Source: Chiloscyllium plagiosum (lineage: Eukaryota). From it: DNA of 48,350 nucleotides. The stretch spans positions 37,148 through 85,497 of the forward strand of contig NW_025215291.1 in assembly GCF_004010195.1 (NCBI RefSeq), in the 5' to 3' direction. The notes beneath the pieces are model-generated. The model searched no databases. It worked only from the letters and a program-made list of their open reading frames with translations, and was not told the DNA's origin. Every line of letters starts with the position of its first letter. Positions within the stretch are counted from its first letter, which is position 1. Positions 1-11,520 of this stretch are shown piece by piece. The translations under genes and the position numbers were made by a program.

Positions 1-395
1 GGATATTCCCTGGGATGGAGCGTATCATACATAGAGAGAGGCTGGATAATCTCAGATTGTTTAATTTGGAGTAGAGAAGTCTGAGGGGACGTGATTCAGA
101 AGGATTTGATTATGAGGAACATGGACAGGATGGATGGACAGCAGCTATTCCTTTTAGTCAAAGTGCCATGAACAAGCAGCAGGCTTTTAAAGTGAAGGGT
201 TTAAGTTTTAGAGAGGTTTTGAGGATTGTTTTTCACCCAGAGGTTGTTGGGGTCAGGAATAAACTTCCAGAGAAGGTAGTTGTTACGGGTAATCTCACAA
301 CCATTAAACAGTGATTGAACCAACACGTGAAGTATCAAAACATTTATGGCTATGGATCTCATGTAAGAAAGTAAGACTAATGTAGATCATGCTGT
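1..395 (+). mobile_element. Degenerate CR1 LINE 3' end (duplicate of 11128-11520)
   Basis: Decayed CR1 ORF2 C-terminus (PGME..Y.ERL..L.LF.LE.R.LRG; ttttcacccagagg..g.t.ggaat) followed by 3' UTR. Confidence 0.8.
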
Positions 396-1159
396 TTTTC
401 AGACGGAACAGAGTCTATGCTTCTGAGGAAGAAAAAGCAGTTAGGTAGATAAATGTTGTGTTGGCCTTCATCTTAAGAGGAATTGTGTACAGGAGTAACG
501 GTGTGTCGCTGTAGCTGTACAGGACATTGGGTTGGCATCAGGTTTAGCCACACGTGGTTCTGATTCTGGCATGTTCACCCACACTTGTTACTGAATCACA
601 GATCAGCTTGAAGGTAATGGTCGTCTGAGAGATGATCCTGAGGGAAAGGTTACACATTCTGACTGAATACAATTCTGCTGCTGCTGCTGTTGTGATCTAC
701 AGCAGTACATGAATGCCCAATTTGAGTTGCAGTATCTGCAATTCAATTCAACTGACTGTCCCCCACCCAGTTCACACCATGACTCATTCATACATCAGCC
801 CTATACTCAGTGACCTACTCTGATTTCTGATATGGTACCACATACATTTCCATATTGTCATCCCGCTGAGGGTCCCTCCTTGATGACATTGCCTCCAATT
901 TATTACCTTCCTTAAACACTTTAACATATTCATCTGATTATTTTTCCATTCCCATAATGCCATCATGTGTGTTTCATGTGAATTTGTTTCCCTCTCCCTG
1001 GCCATGAGTAAGAGCTTTGTAATGTCAGTGATACCAGCTGTATGTAGTTTCAGAGCCAATGAATTTGGGCACCTTGTGCTATCGTTCACATCACGATGTA
1101 CGGCGCTCCATGTCGTACAGTGCGTCCGAGCAGCTTTGACACATGTCTGTGGAATTTGT

Positions 1160-1260
1160 TCAAAAACAGAAATTGCTGAAGAAAATAAGCAGGTCTGGCA
1201 GCATCTTGTGGAGTGAATGTACAGTTGATCTTTCATGTCTAGTGACCCTTCTACAAATCT
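1160..1260 (-). mobile_element. Degenerate Penelope-like terminal (pLTR) fragment
   Basis: aaaacagaaattgctg..gcaggtctggcagcatc..gtgacccttct, homologous to the PLE termini at 13660-13750 and 41085-41180. Confidence 0.6.
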
Positions 1261-1311
1261 GCCAGTTTCTGCAGTAATATTTGCATGCTTATTTCCACTA
1301 TCCATAGATAT

Positions 1312-2230
1312 AAACATAGAACATTACAGCGCAGTACAGGCCCTTCGGCCCTTGATGTTGCGCCACCCTGTCATACTAATCTGAAGCCCGTCCCCCCTAC
1401 ACTAATCCATGTACGTCCATTTGCCTGTCAAATGACGACTTAAATGTACTTAAAGTTGGCGAATCTACTACCGATGCAGGCAAAGCATTCCATATCCTTA
1501 CTACTCTCTGAGTAATGATGCTACCTCTGACATCTGTCTTATACCTATCTCCCCTCACCGTAAAGTTGTGTTCCCTCGTGTTTGCCGTCCACATACTTGG
1601 AAAATGGCTAAACCTGTCCACCCTATCTAACCCTCTGATTATCTTGTATGTCTCTATTAAGTCACCTCTCAACCTTCTTCTCTCTAACGAGAACAGTCTC
1701 AAGCCCCTCAGCCTTTCCTCGTAAGACATTCCTTCCATACCAGGCAACTTCCGAGCAAATCTCCTCTGTACCCGTTCCAAAGCTTTCACATCTTTCTTAT
1801 AATGCGGCGACCAGAACTGTACACAATACTCCAAGTGTGGCCATATCAGAACTTTGTACATTTGCAGCATAACCTCCTGGTTCCAGAACTAATCCCTCTA
1901 TTAATAAAGGTTAAAACACTGCACGCTTTCTTAAAAACCCTGTCAATCTGGGTGGCAACTTTCAGGGATCTGTGTACATGGACACCAAGATCTCTCTAGT
2001 CATCTGCACTCCCAAGAATCCTACCATTAGCCCAATACTTTGCATTCCGATTACTCTGGCCAAAGTGTATCACCTCACACTTGTCCACATTAAACTCCAT
2101 TTGCCACCTCTCAGCCCATCTCTGCATCCAATCTGTGTCTCTCTGCAGCCTACTACATTCTACGTCAGTATCCACAACTCCACCGACCTTCGTGTCATCC
2201 GCAAATTTACTAACTCACCCTTCTAAACCC
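1312..2230 (-). mobile_element. CR1/HER1-type LINE, RT C-terminal region and 3' tail
   Basis: ORF 1397-1870 PHLEYCVQFWSPHYKKD..LERVQRR..LFSLERRRLRGDL..RVV.IWN.LP; tail catagaacattacagcgcagtacaggcccttcggccc. Confidence 0.95.
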
Positions 2231-2730
2231 NNNNNNNNNNNNNNNNNNNNNNNNNNNNNNNNNNNNNNNNNNNNNNNNNNNNNNNNNNNNNNNNNNNNNN
2301 NNNNNNNNNNNNNNNNNNNNNNNNNNNNNNNNNNNNNNNNNNNNNNNNNNNNNNNNNNNNNNNNNNNNNNNNNNNNNNNNNNNNNNNNNNNNNNNNNNNN
2401 NNNNNNNNNNNNNNNNNNNNNNNNNNNNNNNNNNNNNNNNNNNNNNNNNNNNNNNNNNNNNNNNNNNNNNNNNNNNNNNNNNNNNNNNNNNNNNNNNNNN
2501 NNNNNNNNNNNNNNNNNNNNNNNNNNNNNNNNNNNNNNNNNNNNNNNNNNNNNNNNNNNNNNNNNNNNNNNNNNNNNNNNNNNNNNNNNNNNNNNNNNNN
2601 NNNNNNNNNNNNNNNNNNNNNNNNNNNNNNNNNNNNNNNNNNNNNNNNNNNNNNNNNNNNNNNNNNNNNNNNNNNNNNNNNNNNNNNNNNNNNNNNNNNN
2701 NNNNNNNNNNNNNNNNNNNNNNNNNNNNNN
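2231..2730. other. Assembly gap (500 N)
   Basis: Run of N. Confidence 1.
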
Positions 2731-3057
2731 GACTGCGTTCCTGTTCTTTCATATAGTCTTCACTTCTTGACACTATAATTGGTTATGTTGAGAATATGAA
2801 TCCAGATGTTCACTCTGCAGACCACTACTAACTGCACCAGTCAACTTCTTCAATTACCATCTTCCTCATTGTTTCTGGCAGTGTCTCCCATGGATCTCAA
2901 TGTTGACCTACTCAGTTTCAGATGTGAACCATTGTCTCACTGCCCTTGTTACGTAAATATTGGGAGTTTAGATGTCATTGTCCTCTATTTTGTTTACAAA
3001 CTTAATTTCCTTCCTGAGACTCCATCCCATTCCATCCATTTGTATTCATTTCTTGGA

Positions 3058-3290
3058 CTTGGGCATCACTGGATGGCCAGCATTAATAACCCATTCCTAT
3101 TTTCCCTTGAGAAGGTGATGGTGAGCTGCCTCCTTGAATCACTGCAGTCTGCTTGCTGTGGGTTGACCCAGAATGCTGTTAGGTAGGGCATTCCAGGATC
3201 CTGACCGAGCGACTGTAAAGGAACATCGGTATATTTCCAAGTCAGTGTGGTGAGTGGCTTGAAGGGAAATTTGCAGGTGGTGTTTGAAAC
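3058..3290 (-). mobile_element. 3' end of a second CR1/L2-group LINE family
   Basis: Reverse strand gcagctcaccatcaccttctcaaggga..aatgctggcc..ccagtgatgccc; same tail on + at 25127-25186. Confidence 0.7.
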
Positions 3291-3669
3291 AGACGACTCA
3301 CAACTTTGGTGATCCCTTTGGCCATGAGCTGATTCCTGACACCATGCCCTGACCATTCTTAACTTTAATACTCACTGCTCCAGAATGTACTTCACTGGCT
3401 TAACTCCTCTGCTCTTTGAACCTTGAACTGTGAAATACAGGCTTAATGATGACAACAATCTGCTGCTGACACTCTCGGATTGAAACATGCAGAACAAAGA
3501 TGATTTGAACTAAAAAAAAATCCCATCCATCTGACATTCCTGTGCATGCTGATCTAAATCGTTATTGTGTCTAGCAATGCCTTTATTTTAATATTAAATC
3601 ATCTCCCCCTAAAACTTCCCTCAGTCTCTCTGTATCGTTTATCCAAAGCCCTGACAGTTATACATATTT

Positions 3670-3795
3670 AACGTGGTAAGGAATATGGGACGGGTGCTGG
3701 CAGGTGCGACTCGATTGGATTGGGAAATCTGGTCAGCATGGACCGGTTGGACCGAAGGGTCTGTTTTCATGCTGTACATCTCTATGACTCTATAA
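3670..3795 (+). mobile_element. CR1 3' UTR/tail fragment
   Basis: ggtcagcatggaccggttggaccgaagggtctgttt..gctgtacatctctatgactctat. Confidence 0.8.
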
Positions 3796-4409
3796 GTGCA
3801 TTTTCTCCCAAGCAATGATTTTCACATTCAACCATCCTAAATGCACGCCCCTTCACCCACACACCCTACTTCCATCACCCCGCACCACCCTCCCCCGCCA
3901 CATATACACCTTATACTGGTCCAATGGAGATATAAGTCTTACATTGCTGTGTGTATTTGATGTGTGTATCGTTCCCATATTATAGTAAAGGTTAGCAATA
4001 CTCCTCATGCTGGGCAGATAATCCAGTTTATTGAGCAATACACTAGCATGGCCTGCACAGCTCTCCATGTTGGTCTGTCAACTTGTCCCAACTTATGTTG
4101 TTTGAACTGTTCTGTGAAGCCGATTTTGAATTTGATGAAATGAAACATTTCAGCTCATCTGAAAATACCTTTATTCAATGTTCTGATTCTTGTACTTTTG
4201 CTCTCGAACGGTTCAATCCTCCAGTTAGTCCCACTACCCAGTCTTTTCTCCATTTTTCCACAACATGTTCTCAGTTAATTAACTGTCTGTTTCTGTCTTT
4301 CCTGTCAATCTCTCTGTCCCTAAGTCTCTTTCCCTGATCTTGGTGTTTGGCTCCCTAGTGTATCGAGTGCTGGCAGTTTGAAGCTCACAAACAATGAAAT
4401 GGTGTGTGC

Positions 4410-4738
4410 CATGCTGCTGTTCACATCCTGGTGTGTCCCATGTGGTGCCCAATGGACGGGGGGGTTGTGTGAGTCGGGTTGATGTTCGCTTGCTCGTGTG
4501 TCCAATGTGATTCTGCATAGACAGGGCTGTACATGTCTGACTATTGTTCACTTCCCTGTGTGTCCCATGTGGTGTTCCATGTTTGGGGGGAGTGGGTGGG
4601 CAGGGTTGTCGCGCTGTTGTTCACTTCCTGATGTGTCCCATGTGCTGCTCCATGTTGGAAAGATGGGGTGGTAGTGGTGTATATCGGGCTGTTGTTCACG
4701 CTCCCGGTGCATCCCGTGTGGTGCTTCATGTTGGATCA
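4410..4738. repeat. Degenerate minisatellite, 5 units of ~60-75 bp
   Basis: Core ctgttgttcacttcctggtgtgtcccatgtggtgctccatgt recurs near 4414, 4479, 4540, 4614, 4689 with variable G-rich linkers. Confidence 0.8.
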
Positions 4739-4893
4739 GGGTTTCAGCAACTTTGACTCACGTCTTTGAAACTTGATCTGCGTCTGTCCACTAAACGTCT
4801 GAATTCTGTGTTTATCCCTTTGAGCTGATCATGTGGTCAGTAATACGAGGAGGCCCCTTGAGTATTATTATAAAAGACTAGGTATCTAACATC

Positions 4894-5503
4894 TCTGACA
4901 ATGCTGTTACTTTAAAAAAGGTTATTTGATACTTTTCTTTAAAGTGAAATCTGAAAGGCCGAACTGCCTCGTGCAAACAGCTGATTTAAATAACTTCGGA
5001 GGCTTTGAGGGTTTTTCTATAAATAGTGATAACAATAGTCAGCTCGCACAGACCAGGTTTTCCAGTTTTTCTGAGCTGTAACAATCACCAGGTGCCTATG
5101 GTGGGAGAAGGGTTGAACGCTTCAGTAAATTATCCCTCGCTGATATTCTCTCTGAAATCTGTCTTGATGCTGTTTCCTCCTGGATTGGAGAATTGCATTC
5201 GAGACTGAATGGCCTTGAATTTGTCTTTTTGACAGGAATGAGTTTATGGGATGTTCGTACATTGAAATAGTTCATTAGTTGAAGGTACAGATTTCCAGTA
5301 GTTAAGTTATTCTAATCTCCTCTTTTTTTGTATATGTTTTTATTAGAGAGTTTATATAAATTGTGTTTTGCCTAAAGTTGAGTGGTTGGACAAGCCGCAT
5401 CGCATCTGGAACACCCATTTTTCATCTACATTTGCTATAAGACAAGGTTGGCATCCAGGCTACCATCTTGAAATATTTTAAGGCAGTCTGTTCTGGTCCA
5501 AAG
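4894..5503 (+). repeat. 5' LTR of Gmr1-like element
   Basis: Starts tctgacaatgctgttacttt and ends ..ccaaagca; shares ctctctgaaatct..ttcctcctggattggagaa and catctggaacac with the 3' LTR. Confidence 0.8.
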
Positions 5504-5557
5504 CAAACTGGGGACTCTTGTCCATTTCGAAATCGATAATTCCAAATTACGTTCAGG

Positions 5558-5826
5558 TTTAGAATCTATACAGTGTGGAAACAGGCCATTTGGCCCAACA
5601 AATCCACACCAACCCTCCGAAGAGTAACACACCCAGACTCATTTCCCTATCATATTATTCCATATTTTTCCCTGACTAATGCAACTAACCTACAGATCCC
5701 TGAATAGTACAGACAATTTAACATAGCCAATTCACCTAACTTGCACATCTTTGAGCTGTGGGAGGAAACCTGAGCACCCTGAGAAAACCCACGTGGTGAC
5801 TGGCAGACTGTGCACAGGGAGAATGT
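5558..5826 (-). mobile_element. HE1/V-SINE-type SINE (5' truncated) nested in the LTR element
   Basis: Reverse of gtgggtttt..gggtgctcaggtttcctcccacag..gtgcaagttaggtgaattggc..gttgggccaaatggcctgtttccacactgta. Confidence 0.85.
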
Positions 5827-6380
5827 TGGGTCAAAGGCGGCGTTTGGTCGTTGTTAGTGTCACTTGTTCCGAATGATGAATTCGGTTAGCTAGAACAGTG
5901 ATTTGCGTAGTAATGGTTATTTCTGTCTCTAAGAGTTCTCAGGGTGTGGAAGAAGTGAAGTTGGAGATTTTACAAAAGATGAGCAAGACAAGCTTTTTTT
6001 TTGGATTGGCACAAGCTGGAGTCGTGTTTGAGTTTGGCTATAGCTTGGCGTTTAAATTTTGGTGTAAACACCACCAGAATCTTAGGAAATGGTTAGAATT
6101 CAATTGCAGATGAGCCAGCTTTAACACAAAAAAGAATCGAAACCGTTTGATTTATTATCAAAAGTAGAATTAAAAGAAAAGGAGAGGAAGAAGAAAGACC
6201 AGAAAAAGAAAAAAGAAAATCATAAAGAGAGAGAGTGCTTCAAGTTAGAAGTTAGCAATTTGAGAGGAAAGTCGACTTCGCAGAGTGGAGATGAAGGTAG
6301 ACGGTAGACTGGATGAGGAGGATAGTGAGGATAAGCAACTCTATGGTAGCCAAAGGTCTGATGGGGATCTATTTAAATAA

Positions 6381-6850
6381 ATCCAGGCATTGTCGACATT
6401 TGGTGAGAAGGATGTCGAAGACTTTTTATTTTCATTTGAGAAAAGTGGGAAATGAATGCAGTGGCCACTGACCATGTGGATTTAGTTGATCCAAACAAGG
6501 CTGGTATGTATAAGGTGTGATTTATTTGCATCCCTATCACAGGGGGCATCTGGGGAGTATGAGGAGGTGAAGAAAGCCATCTGCAATGCATATGAGCTGG
6601 TGCCAGAAGCCTACAGACAGCGTTTCAGGAATCTAAAAGAGCGTCCCTGGTTAAATGTACATTGAGTTTGAAAGAATCCAACAAAGTAATTTTGAAAGGT
6701 GAATAAGGGTATTCAGAAGAGAGCAACCTATAATACTCTTAGAGAGATTCTTATTATGGAAGAGTTCAAACATTCACTTCCTGCAGTCGTGAGAACTCGA
6801 GTGGAAGAGCAGATAGTTAAAAAGGCAAGATTTGAAGCTGAAATGACAAA
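6381..6850 (+). pseudogene. Retrotransposon Gag capsid/SCAN-like remnant (with stops)
   Basis: Translates as FGEKDVEDFLFSFEK..MQWP..MW..LIQ..EYEEVKKAICNAYELVPEAYRQRFRNLK, then ..ILIMEEFKHSLP. Confidence 0.85.
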
Positions 6851-7089
6851 TCAAAGTTTGGCTTCTGTGAGGGATTGAGAAAAATGTGTAAGATCTTCTT
6901 AAAACATATACCTGTGAGAGTAAGGTTTACTGGCATAGGCCAGGAGAAGCAGGTAAAGGGGTTAGGGCATTAAGAGGTATAGAAGCATGTAAATCTTTTA
7001 AGCTGAGACATGACGATACATGCCACTGAGAAGGACTATGAGAGAGATGCGAGTGCTCCATTATGTAACGGTTGGAGCATCCGGTGAAA

Positions 7090-7352
7090 CCATCAACAGA
7101 AATATTTCACAATTGGGAAGGAGGCCTTGAGCTTCGTGTTGGCATTACAACATTTCAGCGCTTAACTTGCAAATAGCGTGTCTGAGACAAATCTATATAT
7201 GGTCATAACACCTAAACATTTTTGGAGAAATTTAGGGACAAAACATCTGGTCTGTTCAGATCAAGGGTATTATTGTTGCCATTTAATTTGGAAGTTATGC
7301 AGGTGACAGGATGATAACCCATACTTGCTGACAAGTTGTCGACACTTGGATG
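7090..7352 (+). pseudogene. Gypsy-type RNase H C-terminal remnant
   Basis: TIGKEALSFVLALQHF..GHNT*TFLEKFRDK..LFR..LLLPFNLEV..ADKLS resembles TIEKEAL..ALQHF..DHNPL..ADALSR. Confidence 0.75.
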
Positions 7353-7531
7353 AAGCAAGACGGAGGCGTTCTGTTGCCGGAGTAAACTGGCTGCAATACA
7401 ATGGAGTTGTGAATGTTTGCATGCTTAGTGTAAATGCAATATAAATGTATTGCAGTCTACAAAAACTGTAAGAATAAAGGGTTTAAAATGAGGCCAATTT
7501 TGTATATTGATTTTTTTTTCTAAGAGGGAGT

Positions 7532-8170
7532 TGTGACGATACTGTCACTTCAAAAACTTATTTTCTCTTGGTTTTTTTGAAAAGTGGTCTTAAAGGCAGA
7601 GGTGCAGAACTGCCGCCTGAAAACTGCTGAAGTAAAGAACTGAGGAGGCCTTTAGGTATTATTAAAACGGTGGGAACAATTGAAGGGCAGTAGCCAGCTT
7701 TACCAGACCAGATCTTCTTGGTTTGTTTTTATCTGCAATATTCAGAAGCTGCTCGAGGTCCAAAAGGGTTGGAGGGTTAAATGCATGATCCCTAGCTGCT
7801 ATGCTCTCTGAAATCTCCTTTGAAGCGGCTTCCTCCTGAATTGGAGAACTGAAACATAAGATTTTGTGTTTGAATTTACGTTTTTGCCAAGGGGTATGTT
7901 TATGGGATGCTCCTGTATTCGCACAGTTAATTAGTAGAGGCACTGTATCCATTGTTTACATACGTGTTTCAATGGAGAAGCTCTCCCAAATTGTTCTTCT
8001 CTTTGATTGTGTTTTAACGAGAGCGTTTGAATTACATTTTGCTTCACGATTAGTTTGACCAGTTGCAACACATCTGGAACACACACTTCACATCTACGTT
8101 TAAAATAAGGGAACGTTAGGGGCTAGGCTGCCTTCTTAAACACTTGCAGCTGAGTGGCTTCTGACTGACT
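7532..8170 (+). repeat. 3' LTR of Gmr1-like element
   Basis: Starts TGTGACGATACTGTCACTT just after the purine tract; homologous to 4894-5503; right end approximate. Confidence 0.8.
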
Positions 8171-8394
8171 CCTCGTATTGAAAACATAGTGGAGGTGCTG
8201 GGGATGGTTTGCTGGAGGTTGTGCTGTGAACTTCCCCAGACATTCAGGGAGACCCAAGGATATCGTGACCCAACTCTGGATGGAGAATGGGGACTGTAGG
8301 TACAACATCTGGGTCTGTTCCAGGAACAACGAATGGAGCAGTGACTGCAGCGAGGGGAAACTCTGAAACCACGGAGCGAGTGGATGTGGGAAAG

Positions 8395-9220
8395 TGATTT
8401 GTCTTATCTGTCTGTGTCTTAGCCTGAACAAACACACACCGTCACTCTCTCAATTACATACACCGATGCACACTCTCCCTATCTGCCCAACGCACACATT
8501 CACACGCCCCCTCTCTCACATTTGCACATGCATACTCCGCTGTCTCACACACACGCATATGCACACTCTCTCTCCCATCCACACTCACACATACTCTTCC
8601 CCTCATTCTCTCGCATACACATACTGTCTCTCTCTCCCCTTCACACAAACACACCCCCCCTCTCTCTGTCACATGCACAAATGCACGCATATGCATATAC
8701 ATATAAATTTTGGGGTGAATTTGCACTTGCAATTTTGTATTTGCATAAGTAACCTATTTTGTTCCAAAAACATACAATTTGTAGACAGTCCGTCAATGAA
8801 GTAAACCCAATCTCACTTCAGGTGAAGACACACACAGACTCCAAACAACACCTCACACCTCAAATACATTGTCTGACCGCAGGGCTCCTTTCCATCGATA
8901 ATACCTGAAGGTATCTCCAGGCAGCGACTTGAAAGAAACGCGGAGACTTGTATGCCAATCAAGCAAAACCTGCCTCTCCATTCTAACTGATTAAAGATTT
9001 AAGAGCCATCTTACGTGTGTTCAGTTCATGCGCATGAGTTGTACACCCTTTGATCTTTTCCTTATAAATCCTGTCTCTAATGTCTTCCTCTCTCCCTAAC
9101 ACCTGATGAAGAAGCTGCTCTCAGAAACCTAGTGTTTTCAAATAAACCTGTTGGACTATAATCTGATTTCGTGTGGATTTTGACCTTGTCCATCCCAGTC
9201 CAAAACCAGCACCTTCACAT
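8395..9220 (+). mobile_element. Penelope-like element 3' region with CA/CT-rich tract and hammerhead-bearing terminus
   Basis: (CA)/(CT)-rich 8430-8705, then acacctgatgaag..gaaacctagtgttttcaaataaacctgttggactataa..cccagtccaaaaccagcacc. Confidence 0.7.
9098..9136 (+). ncRNA. Minimal hammerhead ribozyme motif (degenerate stem II)
   Basis: AACAC-CTGATGA-...-GAAA-CC-TA-GTGTT; helix I AACAC/GTGTT is perfectly complementary. Confidence 0.55.
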
Positions 9221-9443
9221 TTTGGCTTTTATTAGTTAGCCAATCCGCTCTCCTAGCAATATTTTCCCTAACACAATGTGCTCTTGTGTTGCATATTAAT
9301 CTTTTGTGAGGCACGTTTTGCAATTGCTTTTGGAAGTGCAGATAGAATATGTCTGTAAGATCCCCTTTCTCCACTTGGCTTGTCACGTTTTTTTAAATGT
9401 TAGTCAAATCATTGAAACATGATTCATCCTTAATAAAACAGTG

Positions 9444-10076
9444 GATTCTGGATTAGTGGTGCTGGAAGAGTACAGCTGTTCAGGCAGCATCCAAGGAGCA
9501 GTAAAATCGACTTTTCGGGCAAAAGCCCTTCATCAGGAATAAAGGCAGAGAGCCTTAAGCATGGCGAGGTAAGCTAGAGGAGGGTGGGGGTGGAGAGAAA
9601 GTAGCATAGAGTACAATAGGTGAGTGGGGGAGCTGATGAAAGTGATAGGTCAGTGAGGAGAGGGTGGAGTGGATATGTGGAACAGGAGATGGGCAGGTAG
9701 GACAAGTCCGGACAAGTCATGGGGACAGTGCTGAGCTGGAAGTTTGGAACTAGGGTGAGGTGGGGAAGGGGAAATGAGGAAACTGTTGAAGAACACATTG
9801 ATGCCCTGGGGTTGAAGTATTCCGAGGCAGAAGATGAGGAGTTCTTCCTCCAGGCGTCTCGTGGTGAGGGAGCGGCGGTGAAGGAGGCCCAGTACCTCCA
9901 TGTCCTCAGCAGAGTGGGAGGGGGAGTTGAAAGCTTGGGCGACGGGGCGGTGTGGTTGATTGGTGAAGGTGTCCCGGAGGTGTTCCCTAAAGCGTTCTGC
10001 TAGGAGGCGCCCAGTCTCCCCACATTGAGCAGACTGCAGATGCTGGTTTCCAGCATCTGCAATCATTGCATTTACC
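9444..10076 (-). mobile_element. Neptune-type PLE 3' fragment (GIY-YIG C-terminus plus pLTR) with candidate 17-bp target duplication
   Basis: GETGRLLAERFREHL..HRPVAQAFNSPSHS..RRLEEELLIFCLGILQPQGINV; flanks tccttaataaaacagtg (9427-9443) and tcctcaataaaaccgtg (10077-10093). Confidence 0.9.
9504..9540 (-). ncRNA. Minimal hammerhead ribozyme motif
   Basis: Reverse strand ATTC-CTGATGA-A-GGGC-TTTT-GCCC-GAAA-AG-TC-GATT. Confidence 0.65.
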
Positions 10077-10364
10077 TCCTCAATAAAACCGTGTTAACTG
10101 TGATGGATCGTGGCTTGACTTTGAAAATCTCCCGTTAATAATTCCTTCATACCAGATTGTAACAATTTGCCTTCCATCCTATTAATTTGCCCAATACTTT
10201 CTATTCCGCAGTGAAGTTGGTTATTCTAAGTTCTTCCCTTTCTATAACCTGTACATTCCCTTTCAATTCCTGTGAAACAGGCACAAAGCTGGAAAAGGTC
10301 TTCTCCAATTGCTATTTAAAAGGTATGAGTGGCTGATTGGACTCATTCGGTTCGATGTTTGATC

Positions 10365-11520
10365 AGGCATCGTCAGCGTGGAGTCATCAGAGGGAAGTCA
10401 TACTGAACGAATTTTATTGATTTTTTTCGAAGAGGTAATTTATATTGTTTTTCAGCCAGGCCTTTAACAACGACCCTCGGGAGAAACCGATAAAGAAAGT
10501 ACAATCTCATGGTATCAAGAGTAATTTGGTCACTGGCATTCAAGTTGTCTTCGTGGCAGGATGGTGGAAGAAGGCTGTTTGTGTGTCTGGAAATCAGATT
10601 CCCCTGGTGTACCACAAGGATCAGTGCTCTGTCCCTTATTATTTGTGGTATTCATAAATGATATAGATGTGAACGTGGAGGGGGTGAGGGGAGTGTGATA
10701 AATAAATTTATGTTTGACACACAGATTGGACGGGTCGTCGTCATTTTGGAGGAAGGCATTATGTTACTTGATGATACAGATGGAATGTTCAGATGGGCAG
10801 ATCAATGGCAGATAGAATGTAACCCTGATAAATATGAGGTGATGCACTTTCGAAGAAGGAAACTGTCAGGGGAGGACTCAATGAATGGCAGCACACTGGG
10901 AAGCTCAGAGGCTCTCCTCCAGACATCGCTGAATATGACTGGACAGGGTAATAGGCTAGTTAACAAGTCATATGCGACTGTTGGCACAGCTTTTATTCAT
11001 CGAGACATAGATTGTAAGAGTTATACAGGATTTTGGTTCGGCCAAGATGGAATACTGTGTGTATTTCTGGTAGCCACATTACAGGAAGGCTGCGATTGCG
11101 CTTTAGGGTTGTAGAGGAGATTCAAATGGATATTCCCTGGGATGGAGCGTATCATACATAGAGAGAGGCTGGATAATCTCAGGTTGTTTAATTTGGAGTA
11201 GAGAAGTCTGAGGGGACGTGATTCAGAAGGATTTGATCATGAGGAACATGGACAGGATGGATGGACAGCAGCTATTCCTTTTAGTCAAAGTGCCATGAAC
11301 AAGCAGCAGGCTTTTAAAGTGAAGCGTTTGAGGTTTAGAGAGGTTTTGAGAATTGTTTTTCACCCAGAGGTTGTTGGGGTCAGGAATAAACTTCCAGAGA
11401 AGGTAGTTGTTACGGGTAATCTCACAACCATTAAACAGTGATTGAACCAACACGTGAAGTATCAAAACATTTATGGCTATGGATCTCATGTTAGAAAGTA
11501 AGATTAATGTAGATCATGCT
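10365..11520 (+). mobile_element. Degenerate CR1 LINE (RT to 3' end)
   Basis: INKF..DTQIG..WADQWQIECNPDKYEVMHF plus downstream CR1 C-terminal motifs with frameshifts. Confidence 0.85.

Larger units (their letters stand above)
1..2230 (+). repeat. Segmental duplicate copy A (matches 11128-13344)
   Basis: Colinear near-identity at offset ~11.13 kb; 17 substitutions counted in the first ~780 bp; ends at an N-gap. Confidence 0.95.
4894..8170 (+). mobile_element. Gmr1-like Ty3/Gypsy LTR retrotransposon, internally deleted and decayed
   Basis: Homologous LTRs (~4894-5503, ~7532-8170); tRNA-Pro-like PBS remnant tggggactcttgtcc at ~5508; Gag with AYELVPEAYRQRFRNLK; protease-like VRALRGIEACKS; RNase H remnant; purine tract aagagggag before the 3' LTR. 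Confidence 0.85.
9225..10260 (-). mobile_element. Old CR1 RT fragment split by the PLE at 9444-10076
   Basis: Minus-strand VEKGD..DIFYLHFQK....VPHKRL motif left of the insert; continues right of it. Confidence 0.65.

Noticed and set aside
603..791. ORF with poly-Q tract
   Set aside because: Short (CTG)n microsatellite in a chance ORF
784..1317. 177-aa ORF open in both duplicates (also 11911-12444)
   Set aside because: Runs through a PLE terminus and repeat debris, has no recognisable domain, and persistence is explained by ~98% copy identity
2081..2773. Long ORFs spanning N runs (also 18602-19047, 21818-22666)
   Set aside because: Artefacts of translating gaps
8394..8804. His/Thr-rich 136-aa ORF
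   Set aside because: Translation of a CA/CT low-complexity tract
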